From a virus (taxonomy: Duplodnaviria; Caudoviricetes), in the IMG/VR virus record IMGVR_UViG_3300027586_000024, positions 1-33,742 of that record: 33,742 nt of DNA, one strand, 5' to 3'. Shown here piece by piece: positions 10,401 to 20,600 of the stretch. Positions within the stretch are counted from its first letter, which is position 1, and every line of letters begins with the position of its first letter. The notes beneath the pieces were generated by a model. That model searched no databases, was not told the DNA's origin, and worked only from the letters and a program-made list of their open reading frames with translations. The position numbers and the translations under genes are program-made.

Positions 10401-13076
10401 ATTGTTAAATCTCATGACTTCTCCAATTTCAATCGCAGAAGATATTGTACTTCCGGTTCCAATAGTAATAAATGTTGTGCCTACACCGACGACAGACAAT
10501 CCAAAATTTATACGAGATATTGTAACGGCAGTTCCTACTGAAATTGTAGAAGATATTGTACTTCCAGTTCCAATAGTAATAAATGTTGCACCTAAACCAA
10601 CAATAGGAGCATTTGTAATTGCAGCTCCAACACTAATAGAATTTCCTATGGCAACTCCAGAAAGATTTGTAACAAATATTTGTGTTGATCCAATACCAAC
10701 AAAAGAAGAAATTGTTGTAAATGCAGGTGTCCTTACAAGATCGAAAGAACTTCCAACAGTAACTCCAATAGGAACTGTAGCAAACAACACAGTAGATCCT
10801 ATACTCACACTCCTATCAATTGATAAATTAAGTAAACTTCCTGTTGTAGACCCAGATCCAATAAAGATAGACGTTGTACCTAAACCAACAATAGGAGCAT
10901 TTGTAATTGCAGCTCCAACACTAATAGAATTTCCTATGGCAACTCCAGAAAGATTTGTAACAAATATTTGTGTTGATCCAATACCAACAAAAGAAGAAAT
11001 TGTTGTAACTACAGGTGGCCTTACAATATTAAAAGAACTTCCAATAGAAATTTCTGTGGTGGGTGAAACAAACAACACAGTAGATCCTATACCCACACTC
11101 CCAGTAAGTTGTAAATTAAGTAAACTTCCTGTTGTAGATCCTGTTCCAATAGTTATAAATGTAGATCCAACACCAGTTACAAATGCATTTGTAACTTCAG
11201 AATCAGATCCAATAGTAACAGAACTTCCTACAGATACTCCAGAAGTGTCATCTACAAAAATCTGAGTTGATCCTATACCAATTGTTGATGTAACAGTAGT
11301 TCCTAAGAAATCAATATTTGAATTATACGCAAGAGGAGAAATTGTTGCAAATCCAATAAAAGATGAGGTTGATTGAATAGTATCAGCAGAAAATATAAAT
11401 CCTCCTCCCAGTGTACCATAGACTGATTTAATATCAGAAATATTATATGATGTAACTGCAGTTGCTACTCTATTACCAGAAATCCCATTAAAAAGTAATG
11501 GATCATCTTTTGAAAAATTACCACTTATATCATATAAGGTGATTAAATTCTTTGCACTAACTGCATCTTTAAGAAACCCAGTTGCCCCACTATTTTTTCC
11601 TTCAACAAAAGTTGGAACTGCTAGTGTAATAGGCTCATTCAGACTAATTTCAACAGTAGTTTGAACATCATATAAAGAAAGACTCCATTCATTTAAGTGC
11701 GTCAATGTAGTTCTATATGATCCAGATTCTAGCTTAAAATCATATACTCTAGCAACACCTATTTCCTTACCAGGTACAGTGGTTTGATTATCACCAACTC
11801 TCTCATTTCTTAAACTTAATACATACGTATTTCCAATTCCAATTAGAGGAGCTCCATAAACTCTATTTAAAAATAATGTAGGTCCTGTATTATAATTAAT
11901 TGATTGATTTTCTAGAGTTTTAACAGTTCTTGGTTTTGGTACATCTAAAAATGTTGAATTAATCGTTTCTACTTCATACCCCATAATGAATGCTCTACCT
12001 GGGGATACTTGATAAATTGATAGAGCATCAGATGGAGTTAGTCCACTAGAAGTAAACTGACCAATTTGATAAATACCCTGATTTCCTCTATTATTATTTA
12101 AAGACTCTTTTACTGAAACATCAAATGGAGTATGAACAGAATTTCCAAATTGAGCATGAAATCTTTTTGCTAATACATCATTAATTATAGAATATTCAGA
12201 TGATTTTACTAAGGTTTTTAAAACACCATCAGTTATAGTTGTTAATTCTACAAAATTATTATCATCATAATCATTTAAACTCTTTTTAAATAATGATGTT
12301 GTAATTTTTAATCTATCTGCACCAGGTGCCGCATAATTATTAAATCCTTGTGAGTTATCATTTAGTCTTTGATCAATATCTGAGTTAATAATTTGTTCAT
12401 TTACAAACAAACCAACTCTATAGCTTGGTTTATTACTATATTGCTCAAGAATCAAAGTTTCGGTATCTACATTTACAAAATTTCCACGAATAAAATAAAC
12501 ACCATTTGTAATGTTAAAAGCAGATCCAATTGCTGCAGCATTTTTTGCAATAGTTGTTGCAAAAGGTTGACCTGAAGCAATAGTAGTATTTCCTAAAAGA
12601 CTGGAAGTAATTTGTATATCTGCAATTAATGATTCTCCATCAGCAAATATTTCAGTTATATTATTCTGAGAACTTGAACTCAAGTAATTAATGTAAAGAG
12701 TGAGATTTCCTCTTTCCGATTCTTGTGAAGAAAGAACTTTATCTACAATTGCAGTTACACTAGAATTTGCCCCAGTAATTTTAACTCCAACAAGTTGATT
12801 TACATATGCTTCAACAGGGACTCCCAGAAAAGTATTTTCAAGTTGAATACAATAGTATAATTGTGTGTACCCAGTATTTCCCGGTATTACTTTAGCACCT
12901 TCTTTAAAAAAATGTTGCCCAAACTTTTCAATTTGATTTTGAAGAATTGATTGAAGAGTTGTTAATTCTCTTGCCTGGACAGGAGTTCCGGGTTTAAAAA
13001 GAACTTTATGATAGTCATTATTTGCATTAAAGTCATCAAAATACGGTGCTACATTGAGATTAGTTTGCTGAGACAT
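4458..13076 (-). CDS. Giant virion structural protein (DUF4815 / VrlC-like, baseplate-associated), 2872 aa
   Basis: N-terminal TNLNVAPYFDDF..KVLFKPG.PVQARELTTLQSILQNQIEKFG, APGADRLKI, LENRIKNLEYYTSLSLLE, RFKSGFFVDNF, DPLAQSF, GSLFKSQNASTW motifs; location after gp8. Confidence 0.8.
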   Translation of the reverse strand: MSQQTNLNVAPYFDDFNANNDYHKVLFKPGTPVQARELTTLQSILQNQIEKFGQHFFKEGAKVIPGNTGYTQLYYCIQLENTFLGVPVEAYVNQLVGVKITGANSSVTAIVDKVLSSQESERGNLTLYINYLSSSSQNNITEIFADGESLIADIQITSSLLGNTTIASGQPFATTIAKNAAAIGSAFNITNGVYFIRGNFVNVDTETLILEQYSNKPSYRVGLFVNEQIINSDIDQRLNDNSQGFNNYAAPGADRLKITTSLFKKSLNDYDDNNFVELTTITDGVLKTLVKSSEYSIINDVLAKRFHAQFGNSVHTPFDVSVKESLNNNRGNQGIYQIGQFTSSGLTPSDALSIYQVSPGRAFIMGYEVETINSTFLDVPKPRTVKTLENQSINYNTGPTLFLNRVYGAPLIGIGNTYVLSLRNERVGDNQTTVPGKEIGVARVYDFKLESGSYRTTLTHLNEWSLSLYDVQTTVEISLNEPITLAVPTFVEGKNSGATGFLKDAVSAKNLITLYDISGNFSKDDPLLFNGISGNRVATAVTSYNISDIKSVYGTLGGGFIFSADTIQSTSSFIGFATISPLAYNSNIDFLGTTVTSTIGIGSTQIFVDDTSGVSVGSSVTIGSDSEVTNAFVTGVGSTFITIGTGSTTGSLLNLQLTGSVGIGSTVLFVSPTTEISIGSSFNIVRPPVVTTISSFVGIGSTQIFVTNLSGVAIGNSISVGAAITNAPIVGLGTTSIFIGSGSTTGSLLNLSIDRSVSIGSTVLFATVPIGVTVGSSFDLVRTPAFTTISSFVGIGSTQIFVTNLSGVAIGNSISVGAAITNAPIVGLGATFITIGTGSTISSTISVGTAVTISRINFGLSVVGVGTTFITIGTGSTISSAIEIGEVMRFNNVSSLIAGTNIIISRINRGLSVVGVGTTFITIGTGSTVSFAIGIGTVLEFTTISSLITGSPVNFSNLLFTNDIISPNKLFPGTIKKDNIISYATGSTVDPFYGKVISVGESSIQIGGVIDPLGPSIEIAEVPGVCVGEFPTSLLSVSDLKVLGTNLASSSDNTLYTKLPKNNISSVELTNAVLSIRKSFNVNIISNQLSSSVVAGENETFLPFDEERYSLIRSDGSTELLTSDRFLFLSGGTELQIFNLGSNDAGARLTTTIRKIKPKAKQKIKNRVNSVIINKSINAGSGVGATTLDDGLTYGNYAFGTRVQDKNISLNVPDVIEIHGIFESADTENPSAPKMVFSNLNGPTNTTSDLIIGEEIVGEGGGPIGIVAERLSAVQISFIPKNENTFREGQSVYFRESKIQAVIVALDSSSFNISFNYTFSSGQKGSFYDYGTIKRKSNAVEPNKKIIVYFTSGFYGSSDDGDITTINSYSTFDYGSELSVVDSNSISDIIDIRPRVSPYTVSENARSPFEFLGRTFNSSGNSAANILASDEQILTDFSFYLGRIDRIFLTKDGKFIVKYGTPAESPQKPDSVDDALEIGVITFPPYTYSTSQISLQFLEHKRYRAVDIRQLENRIKNLEYYTSLSLLETNTANLFVPDSAGLNRFKSGFFVDNFTTILAQETSIEIKNSIDGKNKELRPAHYTSSVDLSFGPVQNVDPTFDLAFSPVEGVNVRKTSDIITLDYAEVLWLQQTFATRSESVTPFLISFWQGTLELTPASDTWVDTVRTEAKIINTQGNYAETLALVGRTLNVDPQTGFSPTTWNSWVDNWIGQEITETTRTTVNNVGPADVPKPDWGNDGVPRPTFGTVDASTTIEETLREVKDTGISNRSGVRTIITEQFDTTSVGDRTVSRDVIASMRSRNIQFISKKLKPLTQIYAFFDNIDVTKYCVPKLLEINMLSGVFQVGETVVGKVGSTGLGPISSSPVEIRFRVSQSNHKEGPYNSPNTTFSQNPYTNQTLQPNYSSTSNILNVDTFSLSNEPQGTFSGYVESGMELVGQTSGAQAIITNIKLIPDVSSTLIGSFFIPNPNIGIHPRFQAGNKTFTLVNNDLNDQNLASTIAEEGFLSSGILETVQENIISIRNARIENKQEFEERSLSRTTGTQVVGSRVIAQTQRQGIIGWYDPLAQSFLIDDEVGLFLTRCDVFFRSKDDMDIPVTFQLRTMLNGFPTQNVIPFSEVVIEPNQVQTSGDGSIATPIRFKAPVYLEGGKEYCMCLASNSTKYSVYISRIGETDLLTQSFISNQPYLGSLFKSQNASTWEASQWEDLKFNLYRADFIDSGTVEVYSPELSRGNKQIAQLMPNSLNFTSRKIRLSLGANLTDGFLTLGNTVLQSGTNASGNYVGSAGAATDTLNIINAGIGYTPSSGEQLFTGISLQTITGSGRNAVGSILINGGKVINADITSGGTGYQIGDVLGISNIGATNVGINARLSVKSVIDINQIILDNVQGEFVVGAGKSITYIKSGVGEINLNGTTVLVNEIITETDGLHVKVDHRNHGMYSRDNLVTISNVKSDINPTKLTAQLAADFTGSISVDDSSAFSAFENVGVGTTNPGYAIIGNEIISYTLVSGASISGTIVRGLEGSTPKTHPIGTQIHKYEINGISLRRINKTHDLNNVTVSNPITFDSYDIKIDGSIDGVNRSVGTSFPVLYANQTKSTGGNNIAATQNMPFEIITPMVHNVTVQGTSLSAEVRTITGSSISGDEVSFRNNGFEPITINIPNYLSSTRIIASKVNESNKLSNLKGNRSINMRLRLDTVNSKVSPVLDTQRISAILTSNRVNSAISNYATDARVNSIDPDPSACQYISKEITLESPASSIKIILDAYINLYHDIRAFYAVSENNNFNPIFIPFPGYKNINAEGEIIDIKDSDGSSDKFVSLSNSIGFASPELDYKERTFTANIQAPFRSYRIKLIMTSTNQVYVPRVRNLRVITLA
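10294..10590. repeat. Three in-frame imperfect repeats encoding (SRINxGLSVVGVG)TTFITIGTGST
   Basis: gtact(c/t)c(c/a)gttccaatagtaataaatgttg-like unit at 10294, 10447 and 10558 (offsets 153 and 111 nt). Confidence 0.85.
10590..11165. repeat. 288-bp-period in-frame tandem duplication with a 131 bp identical core
   Basis: 10590-10720 is identical to 10878-11008; further matching blocks at 10782/11070 and 10825/11113 keep the 288 nt offset. Confidence 0.9.
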
Positions 13077-13082
13077 AATTTT

Positions 13083-14633
13083 TTAGAATTGCAAAATGAC
13101 TTTAATATCTTCTTTTTGGTTTGATGATCTTGTAATAGATGGTCTATTATCTACATAAATTATATTTCCAGAATATTTTGTTGTTTCTGGATTTGCAAGA
13201 CCATTTGTAAACGATTGTCCGAGGTAATACGTTCTATTATTTATCACAGTAGATAAACCTGTAAATGAAGTATCAATAGTTAAATTAGATGAACCTCCAA
13301 CGATTGAAACACTTCCACCACTACCAGGAGAATTTGTAAAATTAACTTTGCCAAACCCATATGTTGGATTTGTTATTGCAACTCCGACTGCTGAAAATCC
13401 TGAATTAGATCTATCTTGCCAATATTTTAAGACACCAGTTACTTGATCATAACTAATGACTCTACCAACAGCAGTAGTTGCTGTAGACACTGTTTGTGTA
13501 ATAAGTGAGTCTGGAGTAAAAATTGCAGAATTAACTCCAATTCCAGTTAATTTAAGTGCGTAAACAGCACTTGCTTTATCTAAGGTTAAAATTGAAGACG
13601 AATTAAATGATGTTGGATTTTGTACAATTCCCACTCTTGCAATTTGATTTCCTGTAATAAAATCTGGATTTTCGACATCATTTTCAATTCTAGAATACAT
13701 CAAAACATTATATGCACCCAATTCCCTATAGATATCTTTTCCATGCCCCCCTTTAGGTGATATAATTACATCAAATGTTGGTTTAGTAGTTCCAGTAGGA
13801 ACATTTCCTGCAACTAAATCAACAGTACCAAAAGTATATCCAAAACCTTGATTTGATATTACAACTGATTCTACTTTTTGGTCATTATCAACAACTACAG
13901 TGCATTCTGCTCCTGTACCATCACCTTGAATAGGAACTCTTGTATAAGTTTTATTGGCAGATCCTACAGAAATTCCTCTATTTGTAATTGTTATAATTTT
14001 TATAGATCCATCAACTGCATTATTTCTAACTGAAGCATTATCGGATCCTGTCTCCCAATCTATAGGAACCGGCATAAAATCAGTGGATTCAAATTTAATA
14101 ATATCAATAGGTTTAATAGTATAAAGGTACTTCCAAACATATCCATCACCACTAGATCCTGCTGCTCTTGGTTCTAAATCAGTGAATAATGGTTCATCAA
14201 GTGAAGATCTACCATTCGGACTATCAGAACTTGTTCCATTCTGTAAGCAAATATAAACTCTATAATCACTATTTAAGATATAATATGATGATAAATATAA
14301 ATTAGTTGCACCAGAAACTTTTGCAGTGTTTGATCTACTATAGTCATGACGATACATATCAAAAGTTGTACCAGAAGACCAAAAACGTTTCTGAACCACC
14401 TGTCGAACATCACTTGAATTAATTTTTTTTAATCCAATCATAGTATCCCAATAGTCATTTTCCTCATTAAAATTATCTTTTGGTGATGGGGGATTTGTAT
14501 CCCAATCAGATTGAATATTGGTGGGATTTGGTAGACCAACAAAAGAATAATAAGAATTTACTGAAGAAGTTACTCCTGCAACAAAATTCTTTGCATTTAA
14601 TATTCTAATTTGGTCGGTTATAATTGCTGCCAT
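13083..14633 (-). CDS. gp8: Baseplate wedge subunit
   Basis: MAAIITDQIRILNAKNF, W.SGTTFDMYRHDY, YRVYICLQNG, DGYVWKYLYTI, GNIIYVDNR..ITRSSNQKEDIKVILQF motifs. Confidence 0.9.
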   Translation of the reverse strand: MAAIITDQIRILNAKNFVAGVTSSVNSYYSFVGLPNPTNIQSDWDTNPPSPKDNFNEENDYWDTMIGLKKINSSDVRQVVQKRFWSSGTTFDMYRHDYSRSNTAKVSGATNLYLSSYYILNSDYRVYICLQNGTSSDSPNGRSSLDEPLFTDLEPRAAGSSGDGYVWKYLYTIKPIDIIKFESTDFMPVPIDWETGSDNASVRNNAVDGSIKIITITNRGISVGSANKTYTRVPIQGDGTGAECTVVVDNDQKVESVVISNQGFGYTFGTVDLVAGNVPTGTTKPTFDVIISPKGGHGKDIYRELGAYNVLMYSRIENDVENPDFITGNQIARVGIVQNPTSFNSSSILTLDKASAVYALKLTGIGVNSAIFTPDSLITQTVSTATTAVGRVISYDQVTGVLKYWQDRSNSGFSAVGVAITNPTYGFGKVNFTNSPGSGGSVSIVGGSSNLTIDTSFTGLSTVINNRTYYLGQSFTNGLANPETTKYSGNIIYVDNRPSITRSSNQKEDIKVILQF

Positions 14634-14651
14634 TTTATGATAGTTTTTTAT

Positions 14652-14659
14652 TATTTATT
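14652..14659 (-). promoter_or_regulatory. Late promoter-like AATAAATA for gp8
   Basis: ATAAATA core in gp7-gp8 gap. Confidence 0.55.
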
Positions 14660-14676
14660 TAAGTAATAACATAGTT

Positions 14677-17600
14677 TTAAAATTTAAGTGGAAGAGTTCT
14701 CTTAACAACACCAGAAGTTGAAATTCCGCCCACTCCAACATTTCCATAGAAATTGTAAGTGTTTTCTTTAGACCTCGATGTTAATTCAATTTTTCCCCAA
14801 CTAAAGTTACCAAAACTAATTGAAGTGGTTCCTATTCCTACTCCCAAATATCCACTAATTGTTGATATACCACTAACTATTGCACTAACTCTTCTTACAG
14901 TAGTTGTTGCACTGCCAACTGTTGCAATTCCAATCGCAGTGTTTGCAACACTTACATTGCTTACACTTTTTACTTGATAAACATTATTAATAAAATTGGT
15001 TCCAATTCCTATGATATTATTACTAGTATCTCTTGATGTTATTGATGTTGTTGCAAAACCAATATTTGAATCATAAACTAAGAAGTAATCACCAGTTCCA
15101 ATACCACTAACTGTGAGTGCAGTTCCAGCAATAGAGGCATCTCTTAAATATGAATTAGTCGGAATATAAAAATCAAATATAATACCAGTTGCAGTAGTTC
15201 CAAATCCAACGATAACACCAGAATCACCTGTATATGAAGCAACACCAACAGTCTCTTTGATCGTACTTGGTGATTCAATTAATACCTGTGGAGGAGTGGT
15301 GGATATATAACCACCCCCTCCAAATGTAACTGCAATTCCTGTTACGACTCCTTCAGATACGGTCACAGATGTGAGAGTAGTATTTTGCGCTGCTGTGGTT
15401 CCAAATCCAATTGGTTGAGAAATTGATACTGTTGGTGTGGTTGTATATCCAACTCCACCATTACTGATTACAATTGAAGTTACTGTTCCTGCAGTTGATA
15501 CTATTGCGGTTGCAGATGCTCCAACTTTATCATTTTGAGAAATAATGACAACTGAATTTTGGAATGCTAGTGAGTTGGGATTTGTGGATATTGTTTCATT
15601 TATTGGATTAAAAAATGGTCTTATATTATCAACGTAAAGAATAGTGCTTCCAATTCCAACTGATTGAATTAAATATGATGTTGGAGTAATTCCAGCCTCA
15701 TATAGAATTCTATCCTTTCCAATTTGTATTTCATTAATAATCTTATCCTCAGTTTGTCTGCACCATGTTACAGGTCTTTCAAGAGTTTCGTCATTAACAT
15801 TTCCTGGACCAAAATATGGGTTTGTTTTAACTAAATCTGTAGAATCAATTCGAGTAACTGTTCTTTCTTCTTCTTGAAGTCCTGGGAGTTGTCCACGATA
15901 AGAGTCATAATTAATTGTTAGTTCATCACCAACCTTAACGGTTTCTAGAATATTAACATCTACAACGTCAACAGATCCACTTCCACGATAGAAAATAATT
16001 TTTGAAGTATCCCCAATTTTTGGTGGTTCTGCAAATGTAATAATAGTGCCTCCTGGGAAAGTATATCCTTTACCAGGAACTTGCAAAATATCATTGATAA
16101 ATACTAATAAAGTATCTTGAATATTAATATTCGATCCTCTGGCAGAACGAACAGAAATTAAATCGCCAGATAATTTTAGTTGGAAAGCAACAGTTTGTCC
16201 ATTAAATTCAAAATCAAGAGGATCAAGAACTTGAAGTTCTCCAATTGACCATCCAGTAAATTTATCAGCAAAAGTTTTTTGTATGGTTAGTTGGAATTCA
16301 TTAAATGATGATCCTGTTGTTGGAATCCCAATTATACCTCCAATTGGAACAGTTAGAATTTGATTATCACCATAACCATATCCAGTGTTAATAATTTCAA
16401 AATCAATTATACTAGATCCTTGACCAACAACAATATTAACTTTTGCTTGTGTACCAACACCCGAAGATCCTGAACTGTAAATAAGAGGAATATTTGAGTA
16501 TGATAATGGGTCATCAAATATTACATATGGCGGATTTGTAGATGTATATCCTGTGCCTGGATTTGTAATCGCAATACTTACAATTCTACCATTACTTACC
16601 GAAGCAGTTCCAATAAATTCAATAGTTGGAGTGCTAGTTGAAGAAAGTGCAACACCAACTTTAACAACTTGAGCACCAGAACGATATCCAGATCCACTAT
16701 TACCAATGCTGATTGCTGAAATAGTACCAGCAACTGAAACTGCTGCCGTCCCTCCCGCAGAAACTAAAGGTTGATATCCAAATCCTCCAGTTGATCCAAC
16801 AGATACAATAATTCCACCTCTTGGAATACTTGCATTATTAACATCATAAGAAACTGAAGTTGCTGTTCCAGTAAAGGTAATTGAAGTTATTCCTACAGAT
16901 TCTGATAAAGTATAATTATACGTTGATCCCGGACCTTGAAAAACGTCATTAATTAAAATAACTGCATTTTTAGTTGAAACATCAGATACATTAACACCAT
17001 TAGATTTCAATGTAAATGTTTTACCAATACCATTAAATCCTGCAGAAATATCGTCAAAAATGTAATTTTTACTATAAGTTTCCTCTGATGAGTTTGTAAC
17101 TCCAGATCTTATAAAGGATCTTCCTTGGAATGACGATCCTGTTGATATACCAACCCAATCTCTCTCATCAGAACGATTTGTTGTACTGCTGAACGGAAGG
17201 TTTCCAAAAGGTGCTTCTACAAAATTAAGAACATTATCAATTATATTATAATTGCCAGTTACCTTAGTGACCAGAAATCCTGTTGGATATCCAGCAACTG
17301 ATGTTCCCAATCTTGGTCTACGAACCTGAATAGCATTAGTGCTTCCAATACCAACACCATCAACTCTCATTACTTCATTACCAATTTTAATTAAATCTCC
17401 ACCAAAGAAAGATGTAACTTGGTTGAGAAATATCTTATCGTCAGTTGTAAAGACATTAGTTGATAATGTTGTTGTAGTTGCAGTAGAAACTATTGGGGAT
17501 TGAATAACATTATCAAGTGCTAAAATTACCCTTGCATTTTGATTTGTACTAACAAATCTATGCGAAGTTCCAATTCCGACACTAACAATATCTAAAGTTT

Positions 17601-20600
17601 TTGGTATATCTTTAAGAGCATCTTCTGCACTTCTTGCTAACTTAACATTGTTTGCATCAACTTTTACAATATATACATTTTTGGGAAGTTTATCGGTAAT
17701 TCCAATTCCAGCAAAACTGGTTGATGCAATTCCAATTGCTTGTGTTGTTCCTTCTCCAGCATAAGTATACTCAACTTGTTCTCCAGTTACAAAGAAATGG
17801 TTTGATACAGAAATAACATTTAAATTTGTATCAATAACTGTAGAAGCACTGCCAACAAAATATTTTTCGAATATTGGATCATTTTTGTAAGTTATATCAA
17901 AGGCTCGTTTGATGGCAGAATCAGTTCCTTCATAAGTTCCAAAGTTTGTTTGAACTTTTGAATCTATGAAATCAGTTATATCCTTATCATCATCTTGATG
18001 TCTGAGTGCATTTAAATAAACTTTTACATCAACAGCAATATTTGCTAATGGTTTGAATGTTAACTCTACTATTGAAGAAGTTCTTTGAACACCAATGGTT
18101 CCAAGGCCCGAAAGAGTATTGACAACTCCATATTCTGTAACATAAACATTTGGTTGAACGTCAATTTCGTTAGTATTATCATCAACAACAATTATTTCTG
18201 ATAATTGATGAACATTATTTGTGTTATCAGATATTTGAACAATAAAGTATGCACTATCGTAGGCATCAGGATAACTACTAATACCTACAGGTGTTGGAGT
18301 TGATGTTGAAGCAATAGAAGTAGATTTACCTTCTAACCTAGCGTGTTTTATATCATGATTCACCGCACCAACAGTTGATGTGGCCGCAAACGCAACTTGA
18401 GTAGTACTAACATTGACTGTTGTAGTAACTTGAGAATTTGGTATGAAATCAACTTTGAGTTGCCCACCAGAAAGATATGGGTAATATGTTCCAAGTCCCG
18501 TGCTTGAATATAAATTGAGAGAATGATTTGTTAACTGCCCGTATTCCAAAAATTCTACATTAGTTCCATCATGAATTATATTCAATTCATCAAATTCATA
18601 TTGATTTGTAGTCGATGAAGAAATTGAAACCAAAACCTTCATAGATCTATAGGTATTTGCAATTCCAATAATAGTAGTAGTAGTTCCAGCAGAAACAACA
18701 ACACTACTTGATCGAATATCAACAATACTCCCAAAGGTTGTGCTTCCTATACCAGAATGACTATCTTCAATGTTATATGAAAGTGAGGATATATTAAAAT
18801 CATTAATGCTAAACTTGGTTGGGAAAAATTGAAGAACTCCCTCAGTTCCATCAATAATAAAATCAAAGGATCCCATATCATAAGTGCTTTCTACTCTTGC
18901 ATATTGATTTAAAAATATATTACCAACATTATCAATAAGAGACGTAATAATTAGAAATTGTCTTTCTCTAGAATACCTCTTGTCACTTACATATATAAAA
19001 TATTTTTGTGATTTCACACTCGTCAGATTAAACCTAGAAATTTCAGAAAAACGAGTTGGTCTTGGATTGCTGTTAAATTGATGACTAATATCATCAATAG
19101 TCAAAACTCTGTTTCCTACAGATTCTGCATAATCTTGTAAAACTCTATTTGAAAATATTATTTCATTTGAAAAAATTTGAGATCCAATTTGAAGTGAATT
19201 TTCTTTTACTAAATCAAAATCATAAACACAATTTAAATTTACAACACTAATAATGTCACTTATAACATCAATAAAAGTTAAATCGGATGGTAAGTTAATA
19301 TTAAGTGAATTGCTAGTAATTTCTGCAAAAGTAGAAGGAGTTTCTAATTGAAAATCTGAGAATTTTTTAAATCCAGTAGTGTGATTTAAAGAACTTACTA
19401 CATCATTCCAAGTATCAAAATCTACTGTAGATTTAATTGAATACGAAAAATTTTGATAATAATCATTGTCTTGAATTCTTTGTATACTACTATTTAATAC
19501 TCCAGCATCAGATTGGTTCCCATGTAAAAATCTTGACGTTGCATCAAGATTAAAAAATGCATCAAATTTTGCAATTTCAGATACAACTCCTTGAGTTCTT
19601 GAAGAGGATCCCTTTATAACTTCTCCAAGTTTAAAATTCTTTTTAGATAAGATCGTTACAAAATTTGATTTTGGATTCCAACCTTCCACTATTCCTGTAG
19701 CAGATTCTGATGTTACATTTTCTCCTATAAGATAATCATTTTTTTTCAAAACCACATTAAAAATTGGAAAATGTTTTTGTGAAATAATTTTACCAGAAGA
19801 ATTCTCAGAGTCGAAATTGCCTGGAAATTCTGAACCAGCAAGAAATTCATTTAGATTGTACACTACAGATCCACCAAGTCCCCCAAGGTTTTCAGTAACT
19901 GAAGTAAGTGTAAAAAGTTGATAATTATAATTTTCTGAATTATATCCTTTTCCGGTTGATCCAACTCCTACACTAACATTTTCAATTAAAACTTTGTCAT
20001 TCACTGCAAAAGGGAATGAATTTACTGTACTAAACCCAACTGATAATGTAATGGTTACATTTTTATTTGATGTATTAAATCCAACAGAACTAATATCAAC
20101 TCCATTTGAATTTTGAATTGGTAAAATTGTTGGTGCTACATTGTTTAGTCCAAACGTGTTTTTTAAAATTTGTACTTGAGTATTGCTCAAAGTATATTTT
20201 AAATCAGCGTCTGAAGCAATCTTACCAGTTTTCCCATCTAAAACTATAATTTTTGGTGCAGAAGTGTATCCTCTTCCAAATGAAGATATTCCAATAGATT
20301 CAAAACATGAAAGAGGATCTATTCGCATAACTTGTGGAACTACTACACTAGGTCTCATTGTTAGATCTGATGGGAAATCAAATCCAATATCATTTATTTT
20401 TACAGAATTAATTTTACCAATAGAAGTGCTCGAAGGTTCTAATATTGCCCCAATTCCAGTTCTAGATATAATATTTGAAATTTGTGGAATAGAAAAATAA
20501 TTCAATCCTTTGTTTGTTATTTTAATTTTTGAAATAGGTCCATTAGCATTTAATGAACTGGTTTCGTATTTTATACTAGATATGCCTGAAGTATATAAAT

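Noticed and set aside
10590-11008. Diversity-generating retroelement TR/VR pair
   Set aside because: Repeats are identical rather than adenine-mutated, both are in-frame coding, and no reverse transcriptase is present
10141-11265. 374 aa plus-strand ORF with repeats
   Set aside because: Antisense shadow of the Gly/Ile/Thr/Ser/Val-rich repeat region; codon bias removes stops on the opposite strand; no promoter or RBS
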